Shown here: in pieces, positions 47,082 through 56,580 of the stretch
How positions within the stretch are numbered: the first letter of the stretch is position 1
Layout: every line of letters begins with the position of its first letter
From: a virus
Lineage: Duplodnaviria > Caudoviricetes
Strand: one strand, 5' to 3'
Length of the DNA: 64,000 nucleotides
Virus record (IMG/VR): IMGVR_UViG_3300003320_000853
Made by a program: the position numbers and the translations under genes
The notes under the pieces: model-generated
The model's input: the letters and a program-made list of their open reading frames with translations, nothing else
The model's database searches: none
Told to the model about the DNA's origin: nothing

Positions 47082-47888
47082 CTAGCCGCCCGCCGCCACG
47101 AACGAGCACCCGCCGCCCACCCATGGGGCCCCGCACTGGCAGTGGGGTTCGGAGGTGTACTCGTGGTGCCAAGGAGCCGCTTCGCAGCTCACACAGAAGG
47201 CGTGGGTCGGAGCGGTGGGGTGAACCATGAAGGAGTCCCCGAGGTCGTCAGGAGGGGCCGGTGCGGGCCGAGCGGGCGGGAAGACGCCGGCTTCCCTGGC
47301 GCACCTGTTGTCATCGAGCCAAGGGGCTCCGCAGAGGCAGTACCATGGGGCGCATTCTCCATAATCGGCCCGACGGTGGACGAACGGTTCGCCCCGACGG
47401 TGCCCCGGACGCATGAGCTGTGCGACGGGGGGCGGAGGATCCGGCCGGGCGACAAGTCCGCGGGCGAACTCGATCGTCTGATGCACGACCGCTTCGAGGT
47501 TCCGGTGGCTGATCTCGGCCATGAATCGGTCGTGCTCGGTCGCATCCGGCCGGCGAGATCGAAGCACGGCGGCCTCATACGAGAGATCGGCACTGCCGAG
47601 CCTCTGGAGGAATTGCTCGACGACTCCGAGATGTAGGACGCGCTCCTCGGATTCCAGCCGGCGGACGGCCATCTGCGTCCAGAACTCGACGGCAGCTTCG
47701 TCAGGGGTGTACTCCGGACCGTAGGTCAGGGTTCCGTCCGGATGGATCCGGACGAGGATGCGATCCTTCGAGGTTCCGATGACCAGGTCGCCCGGGTGGG
47801 TGCCGGGCTCGCGGGGTTCGGGTCGAGCTGTACGGCCAGGGGGGTGAAGGTCATCCCAGTATTCCAGGAGATTGTCGTCGGTCGGCAT
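47082..47888 (-). CDS. Hypothetical protein with N-terminal tag (DDNLLEYWDDLHPP) and Cys/His-rich tail
   Basis: ORF; shared N-terminal motif. Confidence 0.75.
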   Translation of the reverse strand: MPTDDNLLEYWDDLHPPGRTARPEPREPGTHPGDLVIGTSKDRILVRIHPDGTLTYGPEYTPDEAAVEFWTQMAVRRLESEERVLHLGVVEQFLQRLGSADLSYEAAVLRSRRPDATEHDRFMAEISHRNLEAVVHQTIEFARGLVARPDPPPPVAQLMRPGHRRGEPFVHRRADYGECAPWYCLCGAPWLDDNRCAREAGVFPPARPAPAPPDDLGDSFMVHPTAPTHAFCVSCEAAPWHHEYTSEPHCQCGAPWVGGGCSFVAAGG

Positions 47889-47950
47889 TTTTCGACTCGT
47901 GATCGAGGATTTGCGTTTCAGAAGTGTAACGTGGTGCCTCTAGGATAGTG

Positions 47951-48253
47951 ATGGACACCTCTTCCAACGATGATCTGGTCTCCTACTGGGACGACCTCCA
48001 GCCGATCTCGTTCGCCCGCGCCTGTTCCTCTGCCCTGGATGCTGCATGGAAACGCGATGCGACCCTCGTTGCCTCGTTCCTCACCGCTGCCGAGCGTCTC
48101 ATGGGGGAGGAGAACCGCGTGGCCCGGGCCCGGTGTGAGTTCGTCACCGTGGGCATCACCACGCGCGTTTTCGAGAAGGTGAGCGCGAACTGCCGGTCCA
48201 TTCTCCAGGGCAAGCCCCCGCCCTTCATATGGCCTCTGGACGGCCAGCTCTAG
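47951..48253 (+). CDS. Hypothetical protein with N-terminal tag (NDDLVSYWDDLQP)
   Basis: ORF; shared N-terminal motif. Confidence 0.7.
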   Translation: MDTSSNDDLVSYWDDLQPISFARACSSALDAAWKRDATLVASFLTAAERLMGEENRVARARCEFVTVGITTRVFEKVSANCRSILQGKPPPFIWPLDGQL

Positions 48254-48801
48254 CTTGTCTTGACCTCTTCCTGCGCCGGCTTCGGTTCGTCGATGTGGTC
48301 GAAGTCGTCGTCCAAGAGACGTTCCTGCCAGGCCCGAGGCTCCGCCGCCGATGGGACGCCCTCGGCCTTCTTTTTGCGTTTCGGCTTGGCCGCCTGGCGC
48401 GCGTCATGATTGTCGTGGCGCGAGAACGGAACCAGCGGGATCGCGACAGGCGACCGAGGATCCGGGGCCAGCCTCTGGACCTCCTGCTGAAGGTCGGCGT
48501 TCTGGCGCGTCAGCTCGCGTGCAAGCTGCTCCAGGGCGGTCTTCTCGGCGGTCAGGAGGGCCAGCGCTTTGATGGTGCGGTCGACCAGGCGGTTGTTCTT
48601 CACCCATCCAAGGAGGAGACCGAGGCCGAAGGCGACCGTGACGGCGTAGAGGATCGGATGGTGCTCCCCTGCCCAATGCCATCCGTCGATCGCCCACCGG
48701 GCGCCCGTAACGTACTGCGTCTTGAACCAAGGGAACTTGGCCGCGACGAAGGCCCCCACGGACAGAAGGAAGGCCCAGGCGAGCCAATCGAACTTGCGCA
48801 T
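48250..48801 (-). CDS. Membrane/coiled-coil protein with near-terminal tag (PRAWQERLLDDDF)
   Basis: Two TM segments; GGTGTAA 8 nt upstream. Confidence 0.75.
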   Translation of the reverse strand: MRKFDWLAWAFLLSVGAFVAAKFPWFKTQYVTGARWAIDGWHWAGEHHPILYAVTVAFGLGLLLGWVKNNRLVDRTIKALALLTAEKTALEQLARELTRQNADLQQEVQRLAPDPRSPVAIPLVPFSRHDNHDARQAAKPKRKKKAEGVPSAAEPRAWQERLLDDDFDHIDEPKPAQEEVKTS

Positions 48802-48852
48802 GGCCTACTTTACACCCGTTGATCCTCGGGGCGGTGTTCTTGTAGAGCAAGC

Positions 48853-49545
48853 ATGGCGAAGCACACCCTCACGTCCGTGACCCAGCTCCTCGAAGAGGTG
48901 TTCGATCTCGCCTACTTCCATGCGGAGGACGGGGAGGCCGAGCCCGCGATCCCCCACATGTGGGTTCCCGGTTCCTCGAAGCTCGTCGTCGTGGTCGGGG
49001 AGAATGCGTCCGGCAAGAGCTTCCTCCGGCGCATCGTTGCCGGGCTCTCTCGGCGGGCCGAGACCGAGTGCATTCACATCTCGATGGAGGGCCGGGCGGA
49101 CAACGGCATGATGATGATGCCGATCGCCCGGGCCTTGGTCTACGGGGACGAAACCTACAACTCGACCGGGCAGCTCTCGGCGCACACGGTCACCGCGGGC
49201 ATCAATACGTGCCGCGATCGGGAGAAGCCGCACTTCATCTACTGGGACGAGCCCGACTTCGGACTGTCGGATGGATGGGCCGCCGGTCTCGGGGTGAAGG
49301 TCCGCGAGTTCGCCGAGACGATGCCCGAGTTCACGTTGGGCGCCTTCGTGGTGACCCATCGTCGGGCCATGGTGCGCGAGATGGCGCCGGCCAACCCGCA
49401 CTACATCTACCTCGGGTCGATGGCGCCGCCGCCGAGCCTCCAGGCTTGGATCGAGACACCCTCTCCCGTCCGGAGCATCGACGAGCTGGACGAGATCGCC
49501 CACACCCGGTTCAAGAGGATCCAGGCGATCCTCAATCGGAAGTAG
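48853..49545 (+). CDS. Stand-alone ABC-type ATPase
   Basis: Walker A GENASGKS, STGQ signature, Walker B YWDEPD.GL, VVTH. Confidence 0.8.
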   Translation: MAKHTLTSVTQLLEEVFDLAYFHAEDGEAEPAIPHMWVPGSSKLVVVVGENASGKSFLRRIVAGLSRRAETECIHISMEGRADNGMMMMPIARALVYGDETYNSTGQLSAHTVTAGINTCRDREKPHFIYWDEPDFGLSDGWAAGLGVKVREFAETMPEFTLGAFVVTHRRAMVREMAPANPHYIYLGSMAPPPSLQAWIETPSPVRSIDELDEIAHTRFKRIQAILNRK

Positions 49546-50281
49546 CGACGCCAGGAAGCCGGAGGAGCTTGAGCGGGCCATTGTGGCTCGCGAGGGGGGC
49601 GAGCTCCTCGTTCTGGAGGACATCGGAGAGCTTCATGCTCTGCCCATCGACCACGCAGGTTGCCGAGACCAGAACGACGATCTGGCTGTAGTCGACGTGC
49701 TCCTTGTTGTGGCGCCAGCCGCGCCCTTGGATCACCCGGACGAAGCGCCCATCGTCGTCCTTGATGAGCGAGGCGTTCACTTCGCCGACGATCCCCTCGA
49801 AGGCCACACCCTCGAAGTGCCATCCGTAGTTCTCGACGAACCCCGGATGGTCGAGGATGTCGTTGTCGAGAACCCAGTGCTTGCCGACTGTCGAGATCAG
49901 GCCCTTCGCTCCGCCGAGCTTGTTGAGCGCACCATCGATCCGCTCGCTGTGGGCGACCATGGCCGCCGTCGTGTCCGAGATCGTCTGCGGGGATGGAACC
50001 AGGGTCGTCTCACGTTGCGACCAGATGAGGTCGGCGATCTTCGGCGTGAGGAGCATGCAGTCGAGGAGGTCGGCGATCTTCTGTTCTGTGTCCGCGCAGG
50101 CGTTGATGCGAACGCCGTCCATCTTGAGCGCATCCGAGAACACTTCGAAGGTCGCCGTGTGTCCCTCGTGTTGGGAGGTCACGGGGCTCCACGAGATGTC
50201 GTCGTAGTTCCCCTGACGGACACGGTCGAGGATCGCACTTTCGCGATCCGGGCCTGCAACAGTGGGAAGGTCGATGCTCAT
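49532..50281 (-). CDS. Hypothetical protein
   Basis: Enzyme-like motifs GKHWVL, NYGWH, H...HVDYSQ. Confidence 0.7.
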   Translation of the reverse strand: MSIDLPTVAGPDRESAILDRVRQGNYDDISWSPVTSQHEGHTATFEVFSDALKMDGVRINACADTEQKIADLLDCMLLTPKIADLIWSQRETTLVPSPQTISDTTAAMVAHSERIDGALNKLGGAKGLISTVGKHWVLDNDILDHPGFVENYGWHFEGVAFEGIVGEVNASLIKDDDGRFVRVIQGRGWRHNKEHVDYSQIVVLVSATCVVDGQSMKLSDVLQNEELAPLASHNGPLKLLRLPGVATSD

Positions 50282-50328
50282 GCCCTCGCCAGGCGAAAAG
50301 AGAATCTTCTAAAAGGTGAGATAGGGGC

Positions 50329-50931
50329 ATGAGCATGGTTGGTCTCCGAGTTCCGGAAGAGGCTGCTCGGATTTTGTGGGCGTTTTTCGAGTCGAAATAC
50401 GACTGGCCGGATACAGTCCCGATGGAGGACGCGCATGTGACGCTCCTCCACCTCGGAGACTCTCTCCCAAAAGACATGAGCGATCGGGCCGCCGAGGCGC
50501 TCCTGCGAGCCACCGCCGACGTCCGACCCTTCACCGTTTCGACAAGCCGCGTCCGAACGTTCGGGAGCGCCGGAGAGGATGGGACGCCGATCGTCTGCCA
50601 GATCGACTCCGAACCGCTCCACGCGCTCCGACAACGTCTCGCGGAAGCCTTCGATGCGGCAGGGGTGCCCTACTCGAAAAAGTACCCCGAGTACAAGCCG
50701 CACGTCACGCTGGCCTACAGCCCGGATCCCCTCGTGGACGAGTTGTTCGGGAGCTACTCGGGCTTCTCTCCCGTTGAGTGGGGCGTCCACGAGGTGATCT
50801 TGTGGGGTGGGGACAAGGGTCTTGGGGAACCCTCGGAGAGCTTCCCCCTCTCGGTCGTCCCTCGGACGGCTCAGTTCCGGCTCGCGGTCAAGAGGGCGTT
50901 GGGGATGTCGACTCAGCCCGCCCACAGGTGA
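50329..50931 (+). CDS. 2H phosphoesterase (2'-5' RNA ligase / Acb1-like)
   Basis: Two HxT motifs: HVTLLHLG and YPEYKPHVTLAY. Confidence 0.85.
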   Translation: MSMVGLRVPEEAARILWAFFESKYDWPDTVPMEDAHVTLLHLGDSLPKDMSDRAAEALLRATADVRPFTVSTSRVRTFGSAGEDGTPIVCQIDSEPLHALRQRLAEAFDAAGVPYSKKYPEYKPHVTLAYSPDPLVDELFGSYSGFSPVEWGVHEVILWGGDKGLGEPSESFPLSVVPRTAQFRLAVKRALGMSTQPAHR

Positions 50932-50971
50932 CGACCGGGGCAGGAGTTTTGATAGCCTTCCTGTAGGTATC

Positions 50972-51976
50972 ATGCCCCAGTTCGTCGAACAGTGCCCCGC
51001 CTGCAACAACCCGATCTACCTGGAGGACAATGTCCAGGGGTCGTGCGAATGCCTGGAGGGTGGTCTCCGCCAGCTCCTCGCCCGCAAGCAGCGGGCTCGG
51101 GGTGGCGTCCAGTATGTCGGCCGTGACACCCGTCCCACGATGGCGCGGGTTGCGAGCCAGGCGACACAGAGACCGCAACTTCAAGCCCGCCAACTGCCCG
51201 AGCTCTCTCCCGAGATGTTCCTCTCGAACGGGGCGCTCAGGGAGGTTCAGGCAGCCTCCCAGGTGCTGGGCCCGAGGCCGCCCGCGCCGGTCGATCCTCG
51301 ACGTGTCACGTCCGAGCAATGGGCGACGGGCAGGCACTCGGGCGAGGGGTTCGACCTCGACCTCAGCATGGACAGCGCGATCGAGCAGGCGATGAACGAG
51401 CGTGCTCAGGAGACAGCAGAGCTGGCGTCGTCGATCGCGAATCTGTGGCGGGGCTCCGTGGCCCGCGACATCGGAGAAGACGCGGCGTCGATCGAGTTCA
51501 CCACCAACGAAGACATCTCGTTCGAGCCGCCGGATCTTCCAGTCCGGGCACCTCTTCCCGACCCTCGCAACCCGCGCTTCCGAGTCGATCGTCCGCCTCC
51601 GGGGCCCCCTCCGTTCCGGCGCGAGACCATGAACGCCGACGGGTACGACGTCATCCCGTACGAGGAGACTCCCCGTCCCATGCGTGAGATCGGGCAGGTT
51701 CGTGGTGCGAGGATCCTGACTGACCGGGGCGCTCGCCCCGCTCCGCCCATGAGAGAGGCGGTGACCAACCTGAACGGAGACACATCCAGTCTCCAGGCCA
51801 TCCGGGATCGCGCTCGCACCCACTACTACCCGGAAGGGGTGCAAGCGCCTATCCGCATTCCGGCCAAGGACGCCAACGGCAGGACGGCAGAACAGCGGAT
51901 GGCGGAGCACATGCGGCGGCCCACGGCCTACGAACACCTCGTCCGGTCGGATCCCTTCGAAGACGTCGACTTCTAG
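50972..51976 (+). CDS. Pro-rich, likely disordered protein with N-terminal Cys cluster and C-terminal tag (RPTAYEHLVRSDPFEDVDF)
   Basis: ORF; shared tail motif. Confidence 0.75.
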   Translation: MPQFVEQCPACNNPIYLEDNVQGSCECLEGGLRQLLARKQRARGGVQYVGRDTRPTMARVASQATQRPQLQARQLPELSPEMFLSNGALREVQAASQVLGPRPPAPVDPRRVTSEQWATGRHSGEGFDLDLSMDSAIEQAMNERAQETAELASSIANLWRGSVARDIGEDAASIEFTTNEDISFEPPDLPVRAPLPDPRNPRFRVDRPPPGPPPFRRETMNADGYDVIPYEETPRPMREIGQVRGARILTDRGARPAPPMREAVTNLNGDTSSLQAIRDRARTHYYPEGVQAPIRIPAKDANGRTAEQRMAEHMRRPTAYEHLVRSDPFEDVDF

Positions 51977-52020
51977 CTTTTGGGAATCGAATACGTCCAA
52001 GGCGGTGTAGCTCGCCCGCC

Positions 52021-52473
52021 ATGAGCGAGCAGACTTTCGGGTTCGAGAACATGTCGGAGCGCGAGTTCCGATCGGTCTTCAAGTTGAACATGCTGGCCCA
52101 ATTCGTGGTCGAGAACAGCACGCGAAAGGGATTCCGAGACAAGTTGATGGAGGGCCTCACCGATGCCCAACGGATCGGGCCCCTCGGGCGTCTCCTCAAG
52201 GCCGCCGTGATGACGATCAACGAGGTCGGCGAGCTGATGGAGTTCTGGGAGTCGTTCCGCGCCGGGACGCTCGATCAGCCGTGCGACAAGGCCGCGAAGA
52301 TGGAGGCGCTCGGTCTCCCCGTGCTCACGAACGCCGAGGAGGAGATCGCGGACACGATTATCCGTGCCCTCGACCGAGCCGAGGCACACGGCGTGGACGT
52401 CTGCCGCGCCGTGTGGGCGAAGATGCGCCTCAATTCGTCCCGACCCCATCTTCATGGGGGAAAGGCCGCCTAG
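52021..52473 (+). CDS. MazG-like NTP pyrophosphohydrolase
   Basis: EVGELME...EEEIADTIIR.LD...KM..N..RP..HGGK. Confidence 0.8.
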   Translation: MSEQTFGFENMSEREFRSVFKLNMLAQFVVENSTRKGFRDKLMEGLTDAQRIGPLGRLLKAAVMTINEVGELMEFWESFRAGTLDQPCDKAAKMEALGLPVLTNAEEEIADTIIRALDRAEAHGVDVCRAVWAKMRLNSSRPHLHGGKAA

Positions 52474-52477
52474 GGGG

Positions 52478-52681
52478 ATGCCGACCCGCGACTTCAAGCC
52501 GGACGACCGTGTCATCTACGCTCGCGGCGTGAAGGAACCCCTCATTGGTAAGGCAGGGGTCATCCTGGAGATCGACGCCAGCGACGCGCCCCTCATCTAC
52601 GCCAACGTCCAGTTCGACGGCTTGGGATCCTATCTCTGTTGGGTCGGCAATCTCGATCCGGAGCCCGCGCCCACGGTGTAA
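52478..52681 (+). CDS. Small SH3/KOW-like protein
   Basis: FKPDDRV....G..GVI.......V.FD. Confidence 0.6.
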   Translation: MPTRDFKPDDRVIYARGVKEPLIGKAGVILEIDASDAPLIYANVQFDGLGSYLCWVGNLDPEPAPTV

Positions 52682-52690
52682 GATCGGGGC

Positions 52691-53209
52691 ATGCCCAGGC
52701 TCGACAAGCGGCTCCTCACCGAGGTCGCCGAGACCATCCTCGAAGGACGTTCCGCGCTCTTCCTGACCCCTTCAACGCTCGGGGAAACGACCGTCCGCCA
52801 GGAGGTTGCCGATCGCGTGGCCGATCGCTTCCGCAAGGCGTTCATCGAGGCGGCACAGATGCACCGCAACTGCGCCGAGGTGACGGCCAGGAAGCTCCTC
52901 CGGCCGGAGATGAACAACCCTTCCTTCGTGAAGATGGCCGGGCGGGAGACGGGTTGGGTGTTCTTCCACCCGAACGAGGATGTCGTCCATGCGGACGAGG
53001 ATTTCGCGGCGCCGAACTACGTCTACTGGCCCACCGAGGGCGCCGACTACCAGAAGTTCTCGTACCTCTCGTGGCGTCGTGAGCGCCGGTTGAACGTCTG
53101 GCGTCCCGTCCATCTGGAGGGCGCCCTGGCTTGGGAGGATCCCCCTGGTGAGGTCGCCGCCCGTGGGCCGAAGGACGCATGGGCGGCGCTCCTGGAGGAT
53201 GTCTTCTAG
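52691..53209 (+). CDS. Hypothetical protein with C-terminal tag (GPKDAWAALLEDVF)
   Basis: GGTGTAA 9 nt upstream; shared tail motif. Confidence 0.75.
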   Translation: MPRLDKRLLTEVAETILEGRSALFLTPSTLGETTVRQEVADRVADRFRKAFIEAAQMHRNCAEVTARKLLRPEMNNPSFVKMAGRETGWVFFHPNEDVVHADEDFAAPNYVYWPTEGADYQKFSYLSWRRERRLNVWRPVHLEGALAWEDPPGEVAARGPKDAWAALLEDVF

Positions 53210-54222
53210 GCGGCCTTCTTCCAGCCGGTCTCGTCATCGACGAGGGTGATGCGGTAGGTGCCCTTCGGGTTGTCCTTCCGCTGACCGTTGTCGCTCTCGT
53301 TCAGCCAGAAGCGGATGACGAGGCCCGGCGTGTGGTGGAGGAGCCACACGAAGCAGACCCCACTCTCCAGCTCGCGGGTCGCGCACACAGGGCGACCATC
53401 CACGTGCACGAGGATGCTCTCGTCGGCATCCTTGATCCGTCGGTAGTTCTTCGCCGTGCAGTTCGCCGAACGACCGACGCCCTCTCGCTTCGCCGAACGG
53501 ATCGTGGCCGTGCCGACGACGATGTAACGCTTCCCCTCGCACGTGAGCGACTCGATGAAGGGATGCCGCAGGCTCTTCGAGAACCTCTCCGCGACGTCCT
53601 CCAGAGCCGCCTGGAGGGCACTCCGGGGCGACGGCGGCGCCTCGACATCGACCTCATCGAGCAAGAGGTCGATGTCCGCCGGGTCGAGCTTGAGATCGAC
53701 CCGCGGAGCCACGGAGATGCCCGCTCCCTCCAGCGCCTTGGCGACGTCGAGGTGCCCACTCGTGTCGGTGTCGGTCTTGTGCTTCAGGGCCGCATCGAGG
53801 ATCGGCTGCGGGTTCGGGTAGAAGGCCGGCGAGGTCGGGAGCTGTGTACCCCGCATGTCGTAGCTCTTCTCGAAGAGCTCCCGCGTCCGCTTCAGCTCGG
53901 CCTCGACCGTCTGCTCGGTGAGGGGCGCCTCATCGACGACGAAGGCCGAAAATTTGTCCGCCAGCTTCTGGCCCGGAGAAGACTCCGAAGTCTCCGGCTC
54001 GGACTTCTTCAGCCCGAGCGGGTAGAGCCACCCGAGCACCTCGCCCACATGACGGAGCACCTCCGCCGGGTTCTTCTTCGCGGTGTCCGTCTCGTTCACA
54101 CGCTCCGTGAACCGCTTCGTGAGCGGCTCGATCTTCTCGCCCGGGATCGCGTTCGTGTCGACGATCGCCTGGAGAAGAGCCTTGAGCAGAAACGAGTTCG
54201 CACCGCCACTGATCTTTGCCAT
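53206..54222 (-). CDS. Hypothetical protein
   Basis: 338-aa ORF with GAGG upstream. Confidence 0.75.
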   Translation of the reverse strand: MAKISGGANSFLLKALLQAIVDTNAIPGEKIEPLTKRFTERVNETDTAKKNPAEVLRHVGEVLGWLYPLGLKKSEPETSESSPGQKLADKFSAFVVDEAPLTEQTVEAELKRTRELFEKSYDMRGTQLPTSPAFYPNPQPILDAALKHKTDTDTSGHLDVAKALEGAGISVAPRVDLKLDPADIDLLLDEVDVEAPPSPRSALQAALEDVAERFSKSLRHPFIESLTCEGKRYIVVGTATIRSAKREGVGRSANCTAKNYRRIKDADESILVHVDGRPVCATRELESGVCFVWLLHHTPGLVIRFWLNESDNGQRKDNPKGTYRITLVDDETGWKKAA

Positions 54223-54342
54223 GGCACACCTCTCGGTTGTGGTTCCCCCGGCCCTCCTCTGAGCGACCGAAGGTGGCGGGCCCTCCTCTGAGAGCCAACC
54301 TGCCCAAAGTCTACACCGAGAAAGTCTGCGCCCTGGACGAAA

Positions 54343-54552
54343 TCAGAGGTCGTCATCTTCGAGAAGATGCTGCCAGGCGGTCGCCGGACGATCTCGATGC
54401 CAAGTCGGTTGTACGTGCGGTTGGCATGCGAAAAAAGTCCGTGGTGGCTCGTTGCTTCGACGCTGCAACCCACAATCCGCACAGAGAAAATACTCTGTCT
54501 TCGTCCCTTGGTCGTAGACGACCCGCCATTGCTCCCAGCGGTGGGGCTTCAT
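54343..54552 (-). CDS. Small zinc-ribbon protein with C-terminal tag (RPATAWQHLLEDDDL)
   Basis: ATGA overlap; H...CADC...C. Confidence 0.7.
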   Translation of the reverse strand: MKPHRWEQWRVVYDQGTKTEYFLCADCGLQRRSNEPPRTFFACQPHVQPTWHRDRPATAWQHLLEDDDL

Positions 54553-55076
54553 CCAAACGGATCTTCGTCGAGGATGACGTCGTGCCAGGTCGGGATGTTC
54601 GGAGGCCGGGTGAGCGGCTCGTAGCCCACGAGAAGGTGCGGGATCGAGATGCTGATCGTCTCCTTGGACTCGACGTGCGTGAGGACAACGAGCGGTGCTG
54701 CGTCCGACCCCTTCACGGCCGTGACCTTGTAGACCGCCGCGTGATGCTTGCGGCGGGCCCACTCGCCGACCTTGAAGCCGTTCGAAAGCACAGGCGGAGG
54801 CGGCCGATGAAGCTCGGCCAGAGGAGAACCCATCGGCCGGGCCGGCGGGTTCGTGGCGGGGTAGCGCAGGTTCAGACCTCGAAGTTCGTGCCGCTCCGGC
54901 TGGTAGTGCCCGAGCCGGAACTCGACGGCCACCTCGATGATGTGCGGGTTGTCCTCGGCCGTCTGCCAGGAGACGTTCTGCACATGAGGGTCCGCTTCCA
55001 GATCGATGAAGATGCGCCGAACCTGGAAGAGATCCGATGCCGGAAAGGCGAGGTTCCACACGAGAGTCTCGGGCAT
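54549..55076 (-). CDS. Hypothetical protein with C-terminal tag (IPTWHDVILDEDPFG)
   Basis: GGTGTAG 9 nt upstream. Confidence 0.75.
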   Translation of the reverse strand: MPETLVWNLAFPASDLFQVRRIFIDLEADPHVQNVSWQTAEDNPHIIEVAVEFRLGHYQPERHELRGLNLRYPATNPPARPMGSPLAELHRPPPPVLSNGFKVGEWARRKHHAAVYKVTAVKGSDAAPLVVLTHVESKETISISIPHLLVGYEPLTRPPNIPTWHDVILDEDPFG

Positions 55077-55102
55077 CACCAAAGACTACACCGTGGGGAT
55101 CC

Positions 55103-55483
55103 CTAGAGCACGTCCTCGTCCAACCTCTGCCAGGACGTCGGACGGCCTTCGGCTTCGAGTTGGCTGGCCTTGGTCTCCAGCTTGTGGCGGACTGCCGCCA
55201 CATCGGCGGTCAACTTGTCGATGGCCGTCGTGACGAGGGCGTTCAGATTCTCCTGTTGGGCACGGATCAGCTCATGCTGTTGCTGCATGGTGTGGAGCGC
55301 CGCCTCGCGCTCCCGAATGAGCCGGGAGAGCGTGTCGTACGGGTTGCGATCCTCGGGACTCTGATGAGGGACGATCTGTTCGAGAAGGCGGCCGTACGGC
55401 GTCCTCAAGACGTCAGGTCCGATGATCCAAAGGAAGATCGTGTCGAAGATCCAGAGGGAGATCCTAGATCGGATCCTTTGCAT
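55103..55483 (-). CDS. Coiled-coil protein with C-terminal tag (RPTSWQRLDEDVL)
   Basis: Shared tail motif; start uncertain. Confidence 0.7.
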   Translation of the reverse strand: MQRIRSRISLWIFDTIFLWIIGPDVLRTPYGRLLEQIVPHQSPEDRNPYDTLSRLIREREAALHTMQQQHELIRAQQENLNALVTTAIDKLTADVAAVRHKLETKASQLEAEGRPTSWQRLDEDVL

Positions 55484-55745
55484 CCGGTACAGGAGCCATC
55501 GGCTGAATTCCTTCTGTCGGAGAGCTCTCCGAAGGGTTCTCCCAGGCATGGTCATTCCTCGCGTAGGGATCGTGTCGCCGCGACCCAGGTTCAGGGCAGG
55601 GACCGTTCTGGCACTCGGGGCGCTCGCACACGGTGCCGAGCGCCGGGTTGTTCTCGGAGTGAATCGCGCAGCAATACTCGCGCTTGTCTTCGGCCCCACA
55701 GTCGAGGCACCATGCCCCGGGCCATCCGCTCCATCGGTGCGTCAT
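55464..55745 (-). CDS. Cys-rich hypothetical protein
   Basis: ATGA overlap; HRWSGWPGAWCLDCG. Confidence 0.6.
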   Translation of the reverse strand: MTHRWSGWPGAWCLDCGAEDKREYCCAIHSENNPALGTVCERPECQNGPCPEPGSRRHDPYARNDHAWENPSESSPTEGIQPMAPVPDAKDPI

Positions 55746-56131
55746 CCGAAGGGTTCCTCTCTGAGAAGAGGGGACACGACAACATCATCGGGCACGACTC
55801 TCTTCCCAGCATCTGCCGGAACGACCCCGATGTTCCATGCGGAATCGTGTGGGCTTTCCCCTACCACGATCGAGAGCAGGGTCGCGTTCAGAGTCTTGAA
55901 AGCAGCCATGATGTCGTCGACGACCACGGAGGCCGCCCGCTTTTCCCCCACGGGCTCCACAGCCTTTTCAAGCTTGAGCGCAATGATGGAGCAGAGGGAG
56001 TTGTCCCAGTGCGTCGTCTTGTTGTCACAGGATAGGGTTGAGACGACATACCCTTGATGGATGAGCTGCGTGATGAGTCCCGGCTCGCTGGCTGGCGTAG
56101 GCACCGTGACCCACAGATAGAAGGTCTTCAT
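55742..56131 (-). CDS. Hypothetical protein, paralog of 56128..56511 (tail SPLLREEPFG)
   Basis: Shared GY.VS and D+..A.K...A...SI+V motifs. Confidence 0.7.
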   Translation of the reverse strand: MKTFYLWVTVPTPASEPGLITQLIHQGYVVSTLSCDNKTTHWDNSLCSIIALKLEKAVEPVGEKRAASVVVDDIMAAFKTLNATLLSIVVGESPHDSAWNIGVVPADAGKRVVPDDVVVSPLLREEPFG

Positions 56132-56511
56132 CCGAACGGTTCCTCGGTGAGGATGGGCGAAATCGGATCCGCTGGCAGGGACTCGATGTTGGTGTTCTCC
56201 CAGATGGTGTGTTCCCCAACCTGGACGATGATCGAGTGCCACCGGGCGCGCATATCCTTGAGAGCGCGGATCACGTCCGCGAGAACGACGTCACGCTCGT
56301 CAGGCTCTTCCTCTTCGATCCCGTCGTAGTCTTCGTCATCGAACTCCTTCTCGACGTCGAAAACGGCCAATGCCGATGCGGGGCCGGAGGATACGATCGT
56401 GTTGCTGGTTGGAGAGACAGCGTACCCACGGCGAAGGAGCCTGGACAGGAGGCCGTCGACATAGGCATCCGTGACGAGGGTTGCATAGACGGTGGCGGAG
56501 GTCTTGGCCAT
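56128..56511 (-). CDS. Hypothetical protein (tail SPILTEEPFG)
   Basis: CGTGTAG 8 nt upstream. Confidence 0.7.
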   Translation of the reverse strand: MAKTSATVYATLVTDAYVDGLLSRLLRRGYAVSPTSNTIVSSGPASALAVFDVEKEFDDEDYDGIEEEEPDERDVVLADVIRALKDMRARWHSIIVQVGEHTIWENTNIESLPADPISPILTEEPFG

Positions 56512-56580
56512 GGGCTTCTCTACACGGCGACGGCGAAGATGTGGACGGCCGCGGGACCGTCCACATCTCGCGGGGAGGGA

